Of a stretch of DNA of 64,000 bases, positions 11,850 to 24,504 are shown in pieces. The notes under the pieces are model-generated. The model was not told the DNA's origin, did no database searches, and saw only the letters and a program-made list of their open reading frames with translations. The translations under genes were made by a program, and so were the position numbers. Each line of letters opens with the position of its first letter. Within the stretch, counting starts at the first letter, position 1. This DNA is from Rotaria socialis (Eukaryota), in the NCBI GenBank assembly GCA_905331295.1, contig CAJNYD010000529.1, forward strand, positions 1 through 64,000, written 5' to 3'.

Positions 11850-13657
11850 CACTGAAAAAAAAGGTACCATACGAAACCCCAAAGGTATCCGATTTTTGCA
11901 ACCAAATCGAAATCCTTTGAGGTTTCGTAAAAAGCCTTAATTTTAATAGCTGATAACAGGGGTTTCGTATTTGGGGTTCCGTATAATTCACCACGCAGTA
12001 TTGAATGAAAGATCCGCCAGGTGCTATGCTCCATTATGGAAGTAGTTTTCCACCGCTATTCACTGCAAAACACACCCATTCTCTAAAAAAGAACCGAGTT
12101 CTGTAGAAACCACCAGGAAAGTTGTCTGAAAGTCGCCGTATTCTGCAGGAGAACCCAGGATATCGCTGAAACATGGAAGCGGTATTCCGACCGCCAACTT
12201 TCGCAAATTGTTTTCAATGATTTCCGCCGCAACTTGCCGAAAGGCATTGCAAGTTGGTCGGAACTCACTAGAAAAATCAGGAAGGTTTGCGACCGGGATA
12301 CTGTTTTCATGTTCCACCGACACCATGTATTCCCCTACAGAATACGGGGACTTTCAGGCATCTTTCCTGCCAGTTCCTCCAGATTCCGGTGGGTGAAGCG
12401 ATCGGTGTGGGATGTTTCATCTAAAAAGAAAAAAAATTAATTAATCAGCTTTTAACTTTCTAAATGACTCACCATTAAATATTGCTTCATCTGAGAATCG
12501 ATCTAAGAAGAAATAAAATGATTTATCAGGTGTTAACTTTTAAAATCGAACTCACCATTCGTATTTCTTCATCTTACACTTGCCCTAAATATAAATATAA
12601 TAATTCATCAGCATTTAACTTTCAAAATCGAACTCACCATTAGTATTTCTTCATCTGGCGGTGGATCTAAATATACGTAAAATATTTCTCAGGTTGTAAC
12701 TTATAAAAATGAAACTTACCATTAGTATTTGTAGAGCTGAGCCTGGATCTAAACAGAAAAAAAAAATTCATCAATTTGTAACTTTCAAATCCCAACTCAT
12801 CCTTATCATTTGTTCAAGTGACCCTTGCGCTAAATCGAAACAAATACTTCACCATGTCTTAAGTTTTAAAGTAGAACTTACCATTATTATTTGATCAAAT
12901 GACGCTTGATCTTAATAAAAATCATATTCGGGTTGCTGGATCTTGATAACCTATTACAAACTTTCATCAGAATTTATCTCGGAGTTGAAATAAAAAATCG
13001 ACCTTTACAGTTTTTGACTTAGACAGGGACCGATTTTCTGACCAACGGGGACGCGACGCGAAAAACTGACTACATATTCGGGTTGCTGGACCTCGATAAA
13101 CTATTACAAAGTTATTTGACAATTTTGCCCGGAGTTGTAATAAAAAATCTTATTGTGGCAGCAATTGAATTTTTGATCGGTGCAATGTGGTTGGCGAAAA
13201 TGTTCTTCAGAAATATATTGAACTGACATGATGGCCTCCTTGTGTAGTGGTCAAAAGCTTTTATACTGTGAGATCCTCTTACAAATTGGGAACAGCTCGG
13301 AAACTGATGTTCTCGTTTTGTGTGAATGGGGTTCTTCGAAAATTCTGAACAGTAGAAAATAGAAGTTATTATTTTGAATGGTAATGTAGTGATGAGCGAA
13401 TTGTACACTAGGTTTATTACGAAACCCTTCTGAATGCGAAACTCGAAAGGGTTTTTGACCAAACCTATGGGGTAAGACACAATTCGAAGGGTTCCGGACG
13501 AAACCTTTTTACATTTTAAAACTCTTTGAAGTCTTTTACAGAGCCTTGGATTTCGCGAAACCTCATAGTGGTTTCGTATGATTCTACGGATACTTATATG
13601 GTATCGTAAAACTCGACGAAACCTCAAGGGTTTCGTGTGACACCTTTTTTTTCAGTG
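11850..13657. mobile_element. Non-autonomous CMC/EnSpm (CACTG) DNA transposon, 1.8 kb
   Basis: Left end CACTGAAAAAAAAGGTACCATACGAAACCCC; right end reverse complement CACTGAAAAAAAAGGTGTCACACGAAACCCT; TA on both flanks (2-bp TSD); subterminal CGAAACC/GGTTTCG repeats. Confidence 0.85.
12410..12915. repeat. Degenerate ~81-bp minisatellite (~6 units) inside the CACTG element
   Basis: aactttcaaaatcgaactcaccattagtatttcttcatct-like core recurs near 12454, 12535, 12617, 12698, 12781 and 12861. Confidence 0.75.
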
Positions 13658-16600
13658 TAGGTATAGTGTGTGTATCGCGTGCTGAGTCCACAGGGTATGC
13701 AGGGAATCATCGTAATATTTTTGATACAGGTAGGAAAGGAGAATGGCTAGCCAACGGAAAACATTTCTATGAAAACTACCTCGATTTTTGCACGATAATC
13801 CGAATAAAATTCAGTTAGTCTCCAGAATCTATTGAAAAAATTGTTTCAATCAATTTCCATCGATTATTTCACTAAAACTCGGATTGTAATAATACCAATT
13901 GATTATAGAAAAGTTGTAGAATTTCAGCAAGATCTGTAAAGACGTAAATTAATCTGGCAAACAGGCAGGATATATTTGAGTTAACGTTCGTGCTGGGTAC
14001 TTATGAATGAAGTACAACAAATATTTACTGACATCAACGTCGTCCTAGTTTCAAACTTGATGTAATAAGTAGGAGTTTCAAGAATGAAGCTGGCCTAGTA
14101 TAGACTCGGAAACAATCGGAGTAACTTTAAGAACGAATGGGTGATATTGAGCTGATACGTTTAATGACTATACTATTTTTATGCATACATTATTAAGAGT
14201 TAATTTTCTGAACGAGATGAATGCTCGCTACATATATTTTGAATAGTATATAATTGAATCTATTTTTATTGTCACAGTATTTGGGAATTACAGTACATGT
14301 TGCACGATTAACTAATTTCAATTGATTTCTGATGCAACTGCGTCACCTCAATTTGAAAACACTTCGCATAGTCTCTAAATTTAACTTGCGTGACGATGTC
14401 ATGATTTCTAAAGCATCTAATCTAAAATATCTTAAGAAATTAGTATATAGCATTCTGATTTCGATAAAAATCGTTGATTTTTGGTGTCCATGAACAAATC
14501 CGATTAACAAGTAGTAACAGAGAATGTAGGTTAGCAGTCAAGTCAAGTAGAAGTTGAAATCGATTAATAGGTAGCAGAGAATCAAGACAAAAAATTCACG
14601 TTTTAAATTATCGTAAAATCTAATTTTAAGCAATGTTTTTCAGCGTATTTTTACAGCGAAAGATAGTTGCTCAGTTTTATCCCACGCTTTTGTTTATAGG
14701 CCAGTATAAGAGTATAGAAACTCGATCACAACTAAACTGAAGTCATTATATTAGGATTTTCATCATGACTATTGTGAACCAAAAGTTAAATTATTATCTA
14801 TTAAAATAAAATTTATTAATCGGTCAAATTGCCATTCGATAGATATCTTCGATTATAACGTTGATTTTGTTACAGAATAATTGAATTATCAATCTCTAAT
14901 GTATCCATAGGATTTTGAAATTTCGATCGATTTCAAACGCTAATTTTTAGTAGTTAGGATTTGATTCCTTAGTTCATACATCACCATTCTGTAATTGTGA
15001 TTGATAAAATAGGTGAATGGTATTTTCGTTGTGAGATTTCATTTTTCTAAACATGTTATTACTAAGAAAATCTCAAAATTATACTCTTCAGTGTCAATGG
15101 GTTATTAGAATAAATCTCTCTTGATTAGAATTCATTTTTTCTTAGACATTTTATCAAGTTATTAACCAAAATTTCATCACTAAATTCGTTAAATAAGAGA
15201 ACAGAACATTGGTTATGCTAATTCATTATTTATGTAACATTCAACGAACTCATCGATTATGCATATTTGACTTGCTGAGAATAAACCCGTTAGATAACAC
15301 AGTTCTGTTGAGGATATTGTTTGCCATGGAAATTTAAATTGCCTTAAAACAGAAAACCTCTACTTCAAACTGAATAAAATATTTGAATACAATCATGGTG
15401 GTGGTATTGTACATGTATTATTATATTCATTGATTGACGAATTCAAAACTATTGCTTTCAACTGGCCAACATAAACGAACAGAAGAATCCTGGGGAAAAT
15501 ATATTTGCTTTATGATCATAGGTCAGCGTATTAGATCGCAATATTCACTTTGAAATACAAAGTTTATTTGAACCGAGTCGCGGTTGAGATAGTTCATTGG
15601 CATATTGTCTTTGATCTTGCCTGCCAACGGAAGATCTTCGTTTTAAAGCCGATAAATTATATGAATATAATAATATTCGAAAATATTCAGTACTCATGTG
15701 ACCTCTAATTATCTTGATGCCCCACAATCTTTACTTGAAATGAGTGAATAATGTAAACAGAACAATGTTTTTCACTGTTGTTGTGCTGTGTGAACTGTGA
15801 ACAACGGGCTTGTTTGAAAGTTTCACTTCGAAATGAACAAAATAAGTGAATATAAGGATGCTATAAAAAATTCCGTATCTATCCGATCTTTGATCACATA
15901 TAGGAAATTCGAATTATTTTTTGAAATAAGCGGAGCGCATGAACGAAATCATCGGCATTCAAATTCATTTGTCTTGCAATATTCGTTAAACTTATCATTT
16001 TGAAACTTTCTATTCAATATGAGTTAAAACACGAATACAATCTATTGATCATAGCTTGGGATCCGCGTGAACTCCGATCGTACTTACTTGAACAGGATGG
16101 ATTTGTCCAAAGAAAAAATCATTGAGCAGAATCATCAATATCCCGGATCGTTTTTCATGTTATCACCCATTACTAGGCCAGCTCAAAACTTAATTTGAAT
16201 ACAAATGAAGATGTGGAATAGAGCCGCTTTGATAAAAATCCATTTTTCATGAAACGTTTAATCAATGCATCAGCTTGTCAAGTGTTTTCTTTTATCCGTC
16301 AGCGTAATAATTGAATAAAGCTCTTAATAATAGTTCATTTACGATGTGATTTCTGTTAAGCTCATTCAATCAAAACGTTGATTTTTAAAGTGAGTAAAAT
16401 ATATAAGTATACTCACCGAATTTGAACTCATTTACCTTTAATTTTAAAATTCCGACTCGCTATCCGGCTAAAAACTAACCGAGCTTTTCAATTTCTAACT
16501 TTAATCGTGTCTTACTTAACTCATCATACCATTTAAACATTACAGGCTGGATTCAATATAATATTTGCCAACATTTTCTCGAAGAGATCCTTCGTTAATT

Positions 16601-17585
16601 TGATTAAATTTGTTTACTAATAATTATTAACGTCAAGCATATGATTGAATACATCATGTCATTCTGATGTACAACATGTTCAGTAAGATGTAGTATTTAA
16701 TTTTATAATGATTGCAATTCTTCTTGATGTAATATCAACTTATCAAGTTTAAATGAGTAATGAGATTTTTTTAAATAAATTTTCGGAATAAATCAAATTC
16801 ATCACGGCTGGGGAGGGTGTGGGCTTAAGTGACTGGCTGGGTTTACGGGTGAGGATTGGTCAACTTCATGCAGAATTGTACTGGATCAGTCAGCATCCTT
16901 TCTAGAAGAACTTGTCATGTAGCTTTAGTTGTGTATCAATTCAGTATAAAAAGAAATATGAAAAGACCGAAAAGCTTTCATACCTTTCATTGACAATTTT
17001 AGTGGCTTTACAGTACTTTGATCCTATAATTGTCTTCAGTCAGATTAGCAACGAACGTATATTGAAAATGTAGGATGTGAGTGTGGATTAAGAAAAGTGA
17101 CACTCATGTCCATCCACACCCGAATCCTGCCTATGACAACAAGACACATATTCTTGTTGGCATAAGTGAGTTATATAAACATGTACATTTCTGTTGAGTC
17201 CAATAATATTTTTCATTCGAATCAATTTTATATGCAGTAGGACGATTACTGGCCAGTGATCCATAAGCGGAAACTAGTGCTGATGTTTGATGATAGACTA
17301 GCGTCTGCTGAGGTAAATCTAACTGCACCCGTCAACTATAATATTTCACTAGTATAATTGTAAATTTCTATACACCATTCGTTTTCGAAGTTGAATGTAG
17401 CCTTGCTGACCCATACAAGGTCAAGTATGAGAACAATATAACGAGAAATCGTTATGTATTTTTATCAAGTCTTTTTTGCAGCTAAAATCAAGAATGAATA
17501 CAAAATAGAAAAGTTTTTGTTCAGTGTTTTTCGGACCCATAAATATGACTGACCATTTGTGAACGTAGTTCAGTAAAATTTAGAA

Positions 17586-18997
17586 TCAATTGAAGAAACT
17601 AGATTCGTTTTTGGATGTGGACAGAATTTTTTCGGCAGTTTTTAAATGAATTATATTGCTCACGATGACTGGAATTTTCATGTCAATATCCGAGAAAAGA
17701 CCAGAAACTTGAACTTTGATCAAGAGTTCATAACTCAAGACGATTCGTGCTCCAGTAAGCGAGGAAGGGTGTTCGATGGAGCATGTAGGTGGAATCGTGC
17801 GAGGTACAAATAATTCGAAACTTCTATGAAAATGTTCGCCACGAAATGATTGGGTTCCTTCCAAATCTCGATAAAGTATTTGCACTTGTTGCCGATTCAC
17901 ATAAAATAGTTGATCGCCTGGTATTCTCCTGGAGCTTATGTCCCAAATTTGAACAAGAGATGCCGACACGCCATATATAAGCACTTCATTCGAATTGTGT
18001 AAATCAATATCAAATAAGAATTTACTCTCAGTTACGACACGATTCTTCGGTAGAGTGACATGAATATGAACATTTCTATTTTTTTCTTGACTTTCGACTC
18101 TCGTTACATTTACAAACAGCGGTGAATTATGTCGAACATTAAGAAAAAAATTTTTGCAAACATTTTTCTTGTACCATTTGATTTGAGTCATTTCTATACG
18201 AATGAAATAGTGAACTAGTGGACTCTTCGGATCGGTTATGTTGATCGAAGGCAATAGGAGATGATCAACAAGGCCACTGAACGACCAAGTGTATCTACCG
18301 ATCGGTAGGGAAATCCCACTATCATTACCAATCGTGTGTGAAAGAAAATCTTGCTGGAAAAATACCATCCTATACGTCTTTGTTGATGTTGTTTTGCCTA
18401 TCTTCTCTGAAATGTTGTAGACAACCTCACCAACCAATATAATATTAATCTTCTTAAATTTTAATTCCGAATCATCACTATTGAAGAATTCGATTGTACC
18501 CGAAACAATCTCACCAGTGACATATTCAGTTTTGTCTTTATCAGTAAATTGACATTCTATACTCCATCCAGGTGGCAGAATGCTGACAAAATCTATAGCA
18601 TTAAAAAAGTATCAAAATATTTCAGAAAAGTCGACCTCAATGTGTGAATCTCAGATGTTAATCAAAGATAGACGCCATATAATTATAACAATTTACTTCG
18701 TAAAATTCAATTCTCTCAATTATACATAGGAAACTGTTTTCAACATGTGGAATTCGTATGTAGAACCGTTTTTTTCATACCTTTTGATTCTTCTCCGGAT
18801 AGATTAAATAAACCACTCCTGCCCACTGTAACCAAGACGCAACCAAGAATGGCTAACAGAATAATTACGATAAGCATAATTTTCGCACGCCTCGACATGC
18901 CCGATTCACCTGTAATATATGTTGGTTGATAAGTAACTAGGGTTGTGGGATGTCCATCGCAATTTGCAGACAGCATAGGTGATTGTACTGTATTCAT
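17586..18997 (-). CDS. Arrestin-fold (alpha-arrestin-like) protein with N-terminal transmembrane anchor, 407 aa, 2 exons
   Basis: Exons 18997-18781 and 18592-17586 join in phase 1 across a GT-AG intron. Arrestin-like motifs YVTGEIVSGTI, LVGEV, LPIGRYTWSF, LLPS, VHYFIR, IPPT, SYELLIKV, IPVIV. Hydrophobic IMLIVIILLAILGCVLVTV in exon 1. Confidence 0.75.
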
Positions 18998-20324
18998 TGT
19001 GTGTAGCTGTTAAATAAAATACTATTTTTTTTTCTATACACTAAAGAGGTTAAGATCTGCAGTACGGTGGTTATAGATTTATCTTGTCTCTCTGAAACAA
19101 ATTTTTAAAATTACCATGTATTGGATTTTCCATGAATTTTATTGTTATTTTTATGACCTCTGTCTTCTGTAGTTTAAAGTCCTACAGAACAATAATGAAC
19201 TCTCAATATTCGATCTTAGGATTGTTAAGAGAGTCTTTAGAGTTTATTACCTTTCAATCAGCCTTTTCTTCTAATTTTTCGTATATTGAACTTTTTTTGC
19301 AAATCGTACAATAGACGGCATCCGATTTGCACTAAATGTTTTGACATACGACTGTTACTCACCTAAATAATTTTGTCAAATTCAATAAAGATCATAAAAT
19401 ATTTTCACTGCCAATATATGAATTCTTCAGACGAGAAGGCTAAAGTTTGCAATCGAATCTTGATTCCAATCACTATTTGAGTCGTAGTATGATGCAGTAT
19501 TTTAGTTTGAAATTACTGAGTTATTTACAATCTATATTAAATATGAACATTTATCACGAAAAAATTCGAACTAAAATCTAGTCATTATCAAGCTTTTAAA
19601 TAAGAGAAAAATTTGGGGATCTTTTTTTTCGAATAACTCAACGCCATCTCTTAGTGATTATATTATGGTTTTCTTTCAATTCTTCTATTTTCCACCAATC
19701 CTTACAACTAACATTATAAGTTACCAATAACAATAACAATAGGATGTATGTATTATCTTACATGAAATAAGAGCAGAAACACACTGAATGACCAAGATTT
19801 TATGATAGATATTGTAGCATGATATTACGATTTGAATCTTTAGTACAATGAAACCTGGTGATAAACATGGAGTAGTAAAAACAGTGTTTTATTTTGCTAC
19901 GTGGAATAAAGAAATGAGCTGAGACAAATTGCTTATAAAAAAGTAGGAGAGTAATTGTTAAAAAGCAAAAGTTATTACAATATTTGCGATTAGAGAATAA
20001 AGAAAAATGATTGAATGCAAGTGCAAAATGAGAATGTGAATGGTAAGGAAAGAAAAACAGAAAGAGACGCGAGTGACGAGGAGAGAAAAATATATGCATC
20101 GACTCAGACTGGAAATGAAAAGGAAACATGTGACGATAGCGGTAAAACTAGAATACATTAATGTTATTCTGCCAGAAGGAGGAGTGCACATTTTCGGACA
20201 ATCGAATATTTTTCGGATCTACTAAAAATAGTAGCAGCTATAGATAGGAACTATGCATTTAGGGCAATCCAAAATTAGTGAGGTAGGTCCCTTGTTTCCT
20301 CAAGCAGAGGTCGAAAAAAGTTTC

Positions 20325-20640
20325 TTTTTGTGTACTCAAAAAGTGAGTACACTCTAGATTCGGTCAGTGTATCCGGTCGTTAGCACGATAACTTTTGAAA
20401 GCCTCATCCAATTAACATGAAATTTTGTAAACAGAATGACCTCATCCAAATCTCAGTCGAGTTCGAAGATGAGAAGGATCCGTCAAGAAATGGCTGATTT
20501 ATCGAATAAGTTGTCATTATTGACCAGACCATCCCTGAGCGGGTACAGAGATTTTTTCTCAGAATTATTCAAAACATATAAATCGACTCAGTTTTTGAAG
20601 TACACATAATAATCGGATGCAGATCCGATGTTTCAACATT
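20325..20640. repeat. Probable Helentron/DINE-like interspersed repeat fragment
   Basis: Contains cacgataact...atgaaatttt...gagttcgaagatg blocks typical of such elements; termini not resolved. Confidence 0.35.
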
Positions 20641-20762
20641 TATTTACCAATAGATAGTGCGCGTTTCGCTCTATTTTTCTATGCTATTTGACCACTATTT
20701 AATTAATATCATAATAGTAAAATTTCAGTAAGATCTGTTTCTTTTCCATATGTGCTGGTAGC

Positions 20763-23570
20763 ATGAACATGAATGCTCGTGAGTATTTTTTGAATAATGC
20801 TTTAATAGCAACAAGTTACTTGCCGTAAGTTTGGCAAACTTATTTTTCTATCGATTAGACAATTAGAAAAAATAAGTATAACATTACAGAAATATACATG
20901 TGATTTGGAATTTTTAAGATTCTGCTTGTTGTATGATCTAAGTCCAACTTTTATAAACATAAATATTTGGAAAAAACAACTAAAAACACAACAACAATTT
21001 TTATCATTTAAACGATATCTCATACAACAAGAATATTATAATAGAAATAAAGATATACAGAAATATGAAAGACATATAAATGAATTAAAAAAACATATTG
21101 AATCGGTTGTAAGTAGAATAGATTATGTTAAAATTGAAAAATAATTATAAGCTCGACAGAGTCAAACGTGAACGTGATAAGATAAAAGAAAATCATAAGA
21201 AAAAACTAGAAAAACTTAATAAAGGTCCTATAGGACAAAATTATGAAGCAACACATAATAAACTTGTTCATAATGTATCAACATACGTTCTCACTCCAGC
21301 TGAAGAGAGACTTCTATGTCGTGGCTGGAATTTTTGTATAAAAAGTAAAATTACAAAAAATGGATGACTTTAAAACGGATATGGAGATTAATGGAACAAA
21401 GCTCGAATCTCATTGTCATCCTTCTGTTTTCTCAACAGTGTGTCATCATCTACATGATTATGCAAATAAATATATTAGAAATATAAATAATAATAATATT
21501 CGTAATATTAGCGATGAAGAATTTCAGGCTATAAAAACATTGCGTAATAATAAACAAATCATAATAAGTCGTGCCGATAAAAGCAATGCCATCGTAGTGA
21601 TGGATAAAAAAGACTGCATAGAAAAAAATAATAATATTCTTCAATTAAAACAGTTTCAACATACAACTAGATCTCTACAAAAAGAGAAAGAAGAAGAAAT
21701 GAACAAATATCTTCGAGAGTTATATAAAGAAAATACTATAACTAAAGAACTATTTTATAGTATCAGGTCTACATGTTCGTCGATAGCTTGCATGTATGGA
21801 CAACCAAAAATCCATAAAAATGGTTATCCGCTAAGACCTATTATATCATCAATAGGGAGTTATAACTACGAACTCTCTAAATATCTAGCAGGCTTAATAA
21901 AAGCCAATCGCGAAAATAAGTCATTTTCATATATAAAAGACTCATTTGATCTCGTCAAACAAATAAGAGAAATAACTAACGTTCAACAACAAGTAATGTG
22001 TAGCTTCGACGTCGACGCATTATACACGAACGTACCAGTAAAAGAGGCCATAGACATAGTTGTAGAGTCTATGGGAAAATCAAAAACAATTAAAAACACA
22101 CCTTTTAATAAAAAACAATTTAAAAAATTGCTTGAACTCGCCGTTTGTAATGTACCATTCCGCTTCATGAATGAGTACTATATACAATGCGATGGTGTTG
22201 CGATGGGGTCACCACTCGGACCTATACTCGCTGATATGTTCATGAGTAAACTAGCAAATAAACTTAATAAATTCTCAAAAAACAAACCACAGGTGTGGTT
22301 AAGATATGTCGATGACATACTATGTATTTTTGATAATAAACAGAGCATTGATAATGTTCTTGAAAGTATAAATAAGTGGCATAAGAATATAAGTTTTACA
22401 ATAGAAACAGAAATAGATAATACAATACATTTTCTAGATGTACTAATAATTAGAAATATGAACACTAATAAATATGATACAACTATCTATACAAAAACCA
22501 ACAAATACTAACTTATATCTACTCTACGAAAGTAATCAACCTAGAAAATACAAACTAGGTCTTATAAGAACTCTAACTATTAGGATATTATTGTTATGTT
22601 CTTCTGATAGATATTCTAATCAAGAACTAATAGACCTAGAAAAAACCCTAGGTGAAAACGGATATCCTAAACATATTATACGTAGAGGTATCAGAGAAGG
22701 AAAAATAATTACTACAAAAATCATTAATAAACATAAACATATAAATAATAATAATAATAATAGTAACAACAATAATACATCAATAAAAAAGAAAATATTT
22801 TTCACGTTATCATACTATGGACATGAATCCAATATACTTGCATCAAGGATGCAAAAGCTATGTAAAAGATTTCTACCTCATCTAGAAATCAGTATAACAC
22901 TAAAAAACACTAACACGCTTAAAAATATATTCTTGTCTATACAAAAAGGCGTAGACGAAGATAATAAACTTAAAAAACTAGTTTATCAAATACCATGTAA
23001 AAACTGTAATTACAGCTACATTGGAGAAACTAATAGAAGTTTAACCACGAGAATAAAAGAACATAAAGAAGATATAAGGAAAGTAAAAGAAAACTCGAAT
23101 ACAGCACAACATGTATTCGAAAAGAATCACTCCTTTGATTTTGAGAACACAAAAATCTTATCTTCAGAAACAAACTGGAAACGTAGAGTCATAAAAGAAA
23201 GTCTTTTCACACACTACAGTTATGGTAAGTCTTTAAACGAAGTAAAACATGATTTAAAAATTTTCGCTTAAAAATAACATAAAAATAAAACCGATATAAC
23301 TATATATTATTTATTTATTTATTTATATTTAAGAACTTAATATCACTTATATATTCAACCTCTAGATATAAAAATACCACACTCCTTCACTCAATAACTA
23401 TCCGATAAACAAAGAAGAAATACACCTACATATATTAATCATCATTTTTACAATTAATCACTATTTTTTCATCTAGTATCTCTATATCTTATATAAAAAT
23501 GTCTCTTATTCTTTCTCTTTGTAATATTCCTGATGATGGTAAGAGTTCTTGCCGAAAGCTTGAAATAAAA
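20763..23570 (+). mobile_element. Penelope-like retrotransposon (RT + GIY-YIG endonuclease), frameshifted
   Basis: RT motifs YGQPKIHK, PLRPIIS, SFDVDALYTNVP, GVAMGSPLGP, RYVDD (21360-22511). GIY-YIG VYQIPCKNCNYSYIGETNR...RIKEH (22474-23271). The ORF is split across frames near 21135, 21360 and 22495. Confidence 0.95.
23525..23567 (+). ncRNA. Minimal type I hammerhead ribozyme in the Penelope 3' terminal region
   Basis: Core CTGATGA (23530-23536), stem II GGTAAGA/TCTTGCC, GAAA (23554-23557), palindromic AAGCTT stem III, stem I TATTC/GAAATA, followed by AATAAA. Confidence 0.8.
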
Positions 23571-24504
23571 TTAAATAAAGTTTGAATTTTGTTAAAATTC
23601 TCATGTATTTTGTGGCAGTTATATATTCAATCTTATCTTCAATTATTTCTACTGCTCATTCGGATGGTTATAGATTTACGCTTATTTAACTGCTTCTCAT
23701 CGGTCTACAGAAACTCCTTACTTCGTTAATATTTTATCATTGATAGAATGATCAAAACGAGAAAAATATCATAACAACATTAGATATGCCACCTAATTGG
23801 CATCTAAACTGTGTCCACATCACAGAAAAATTAAATCAACAAAAAATAGTATCTTTTGCGTTAGGGTATCCTTTTTTATGTTATTGCCTTCCACTCCTTC
23901 GAAGAAACATGTTGTTTTACATAGTGGTCACTGGTGTATGTAGTCATAATCCATCTCTTCAATGTCGTCCGCGTGTGGGAGTGGACTCTGCAGGAACATG
24001 TACACCCGCATCCCACATGAAGCTACTGTGTGGGTTGAGAAACAGCTTATTGTATAGGTTCAATTAAGACTATAATTAGTTTTCTAACATCAACTTGAAA
24101 CATAAATACTTCGTTTTATTATTAAAGCAAGATAAATAAAACAAGATTATTATGAAATCATTGTCATGATGAGTGGAATAATCTAAATTAAAAATTACTA
24201 ATAGATGCTATGGGTGTGTTAGTGGCTTCAATAAACTCGTATAGCAGAAGCAAACCCATACTCTTGATGAAGAAGATTTTAATCGATTGTCGGATTAAAA
24301 TTTAATTGAATGAGCCCACGAATTTTGTAGACTGAGTTATGAATCTCAAGGAAAAAACAAATGATCTAATAGGATTTTGAAAAGATCAGAAAAAACTATT
24401 AATTTTAAAAATAAATATAAAATAACTCTCCTCAGTGACAGAAGACATTTCTTGTCAATATTCATACAATTATCTATTCAGAAAAGTGGTGAGTACACAC
24501 AATT

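Noticed and set aside
12410..12915. CRISPR-like array
   Set aside because: The units are degenerate along their whole length with no unique spacers, no cas genes are present, and the context is eukaryotic.
13112..13627. 171-aa ORF
   Set aside because: Lies in the subterminal repeats of the CACTG element and has no protein motifs.
13660..17450. Possible decayed coding sequence or lost exons of the coiled-coil gene
   Set aside because: Some stretches read like protein but are full of stops, and I could not assign a family or splice path.
19749..20157. Possible solo LTR (TGTATT...AATACA)
   Set aside because: No target-site duplication and no second copy in the window.
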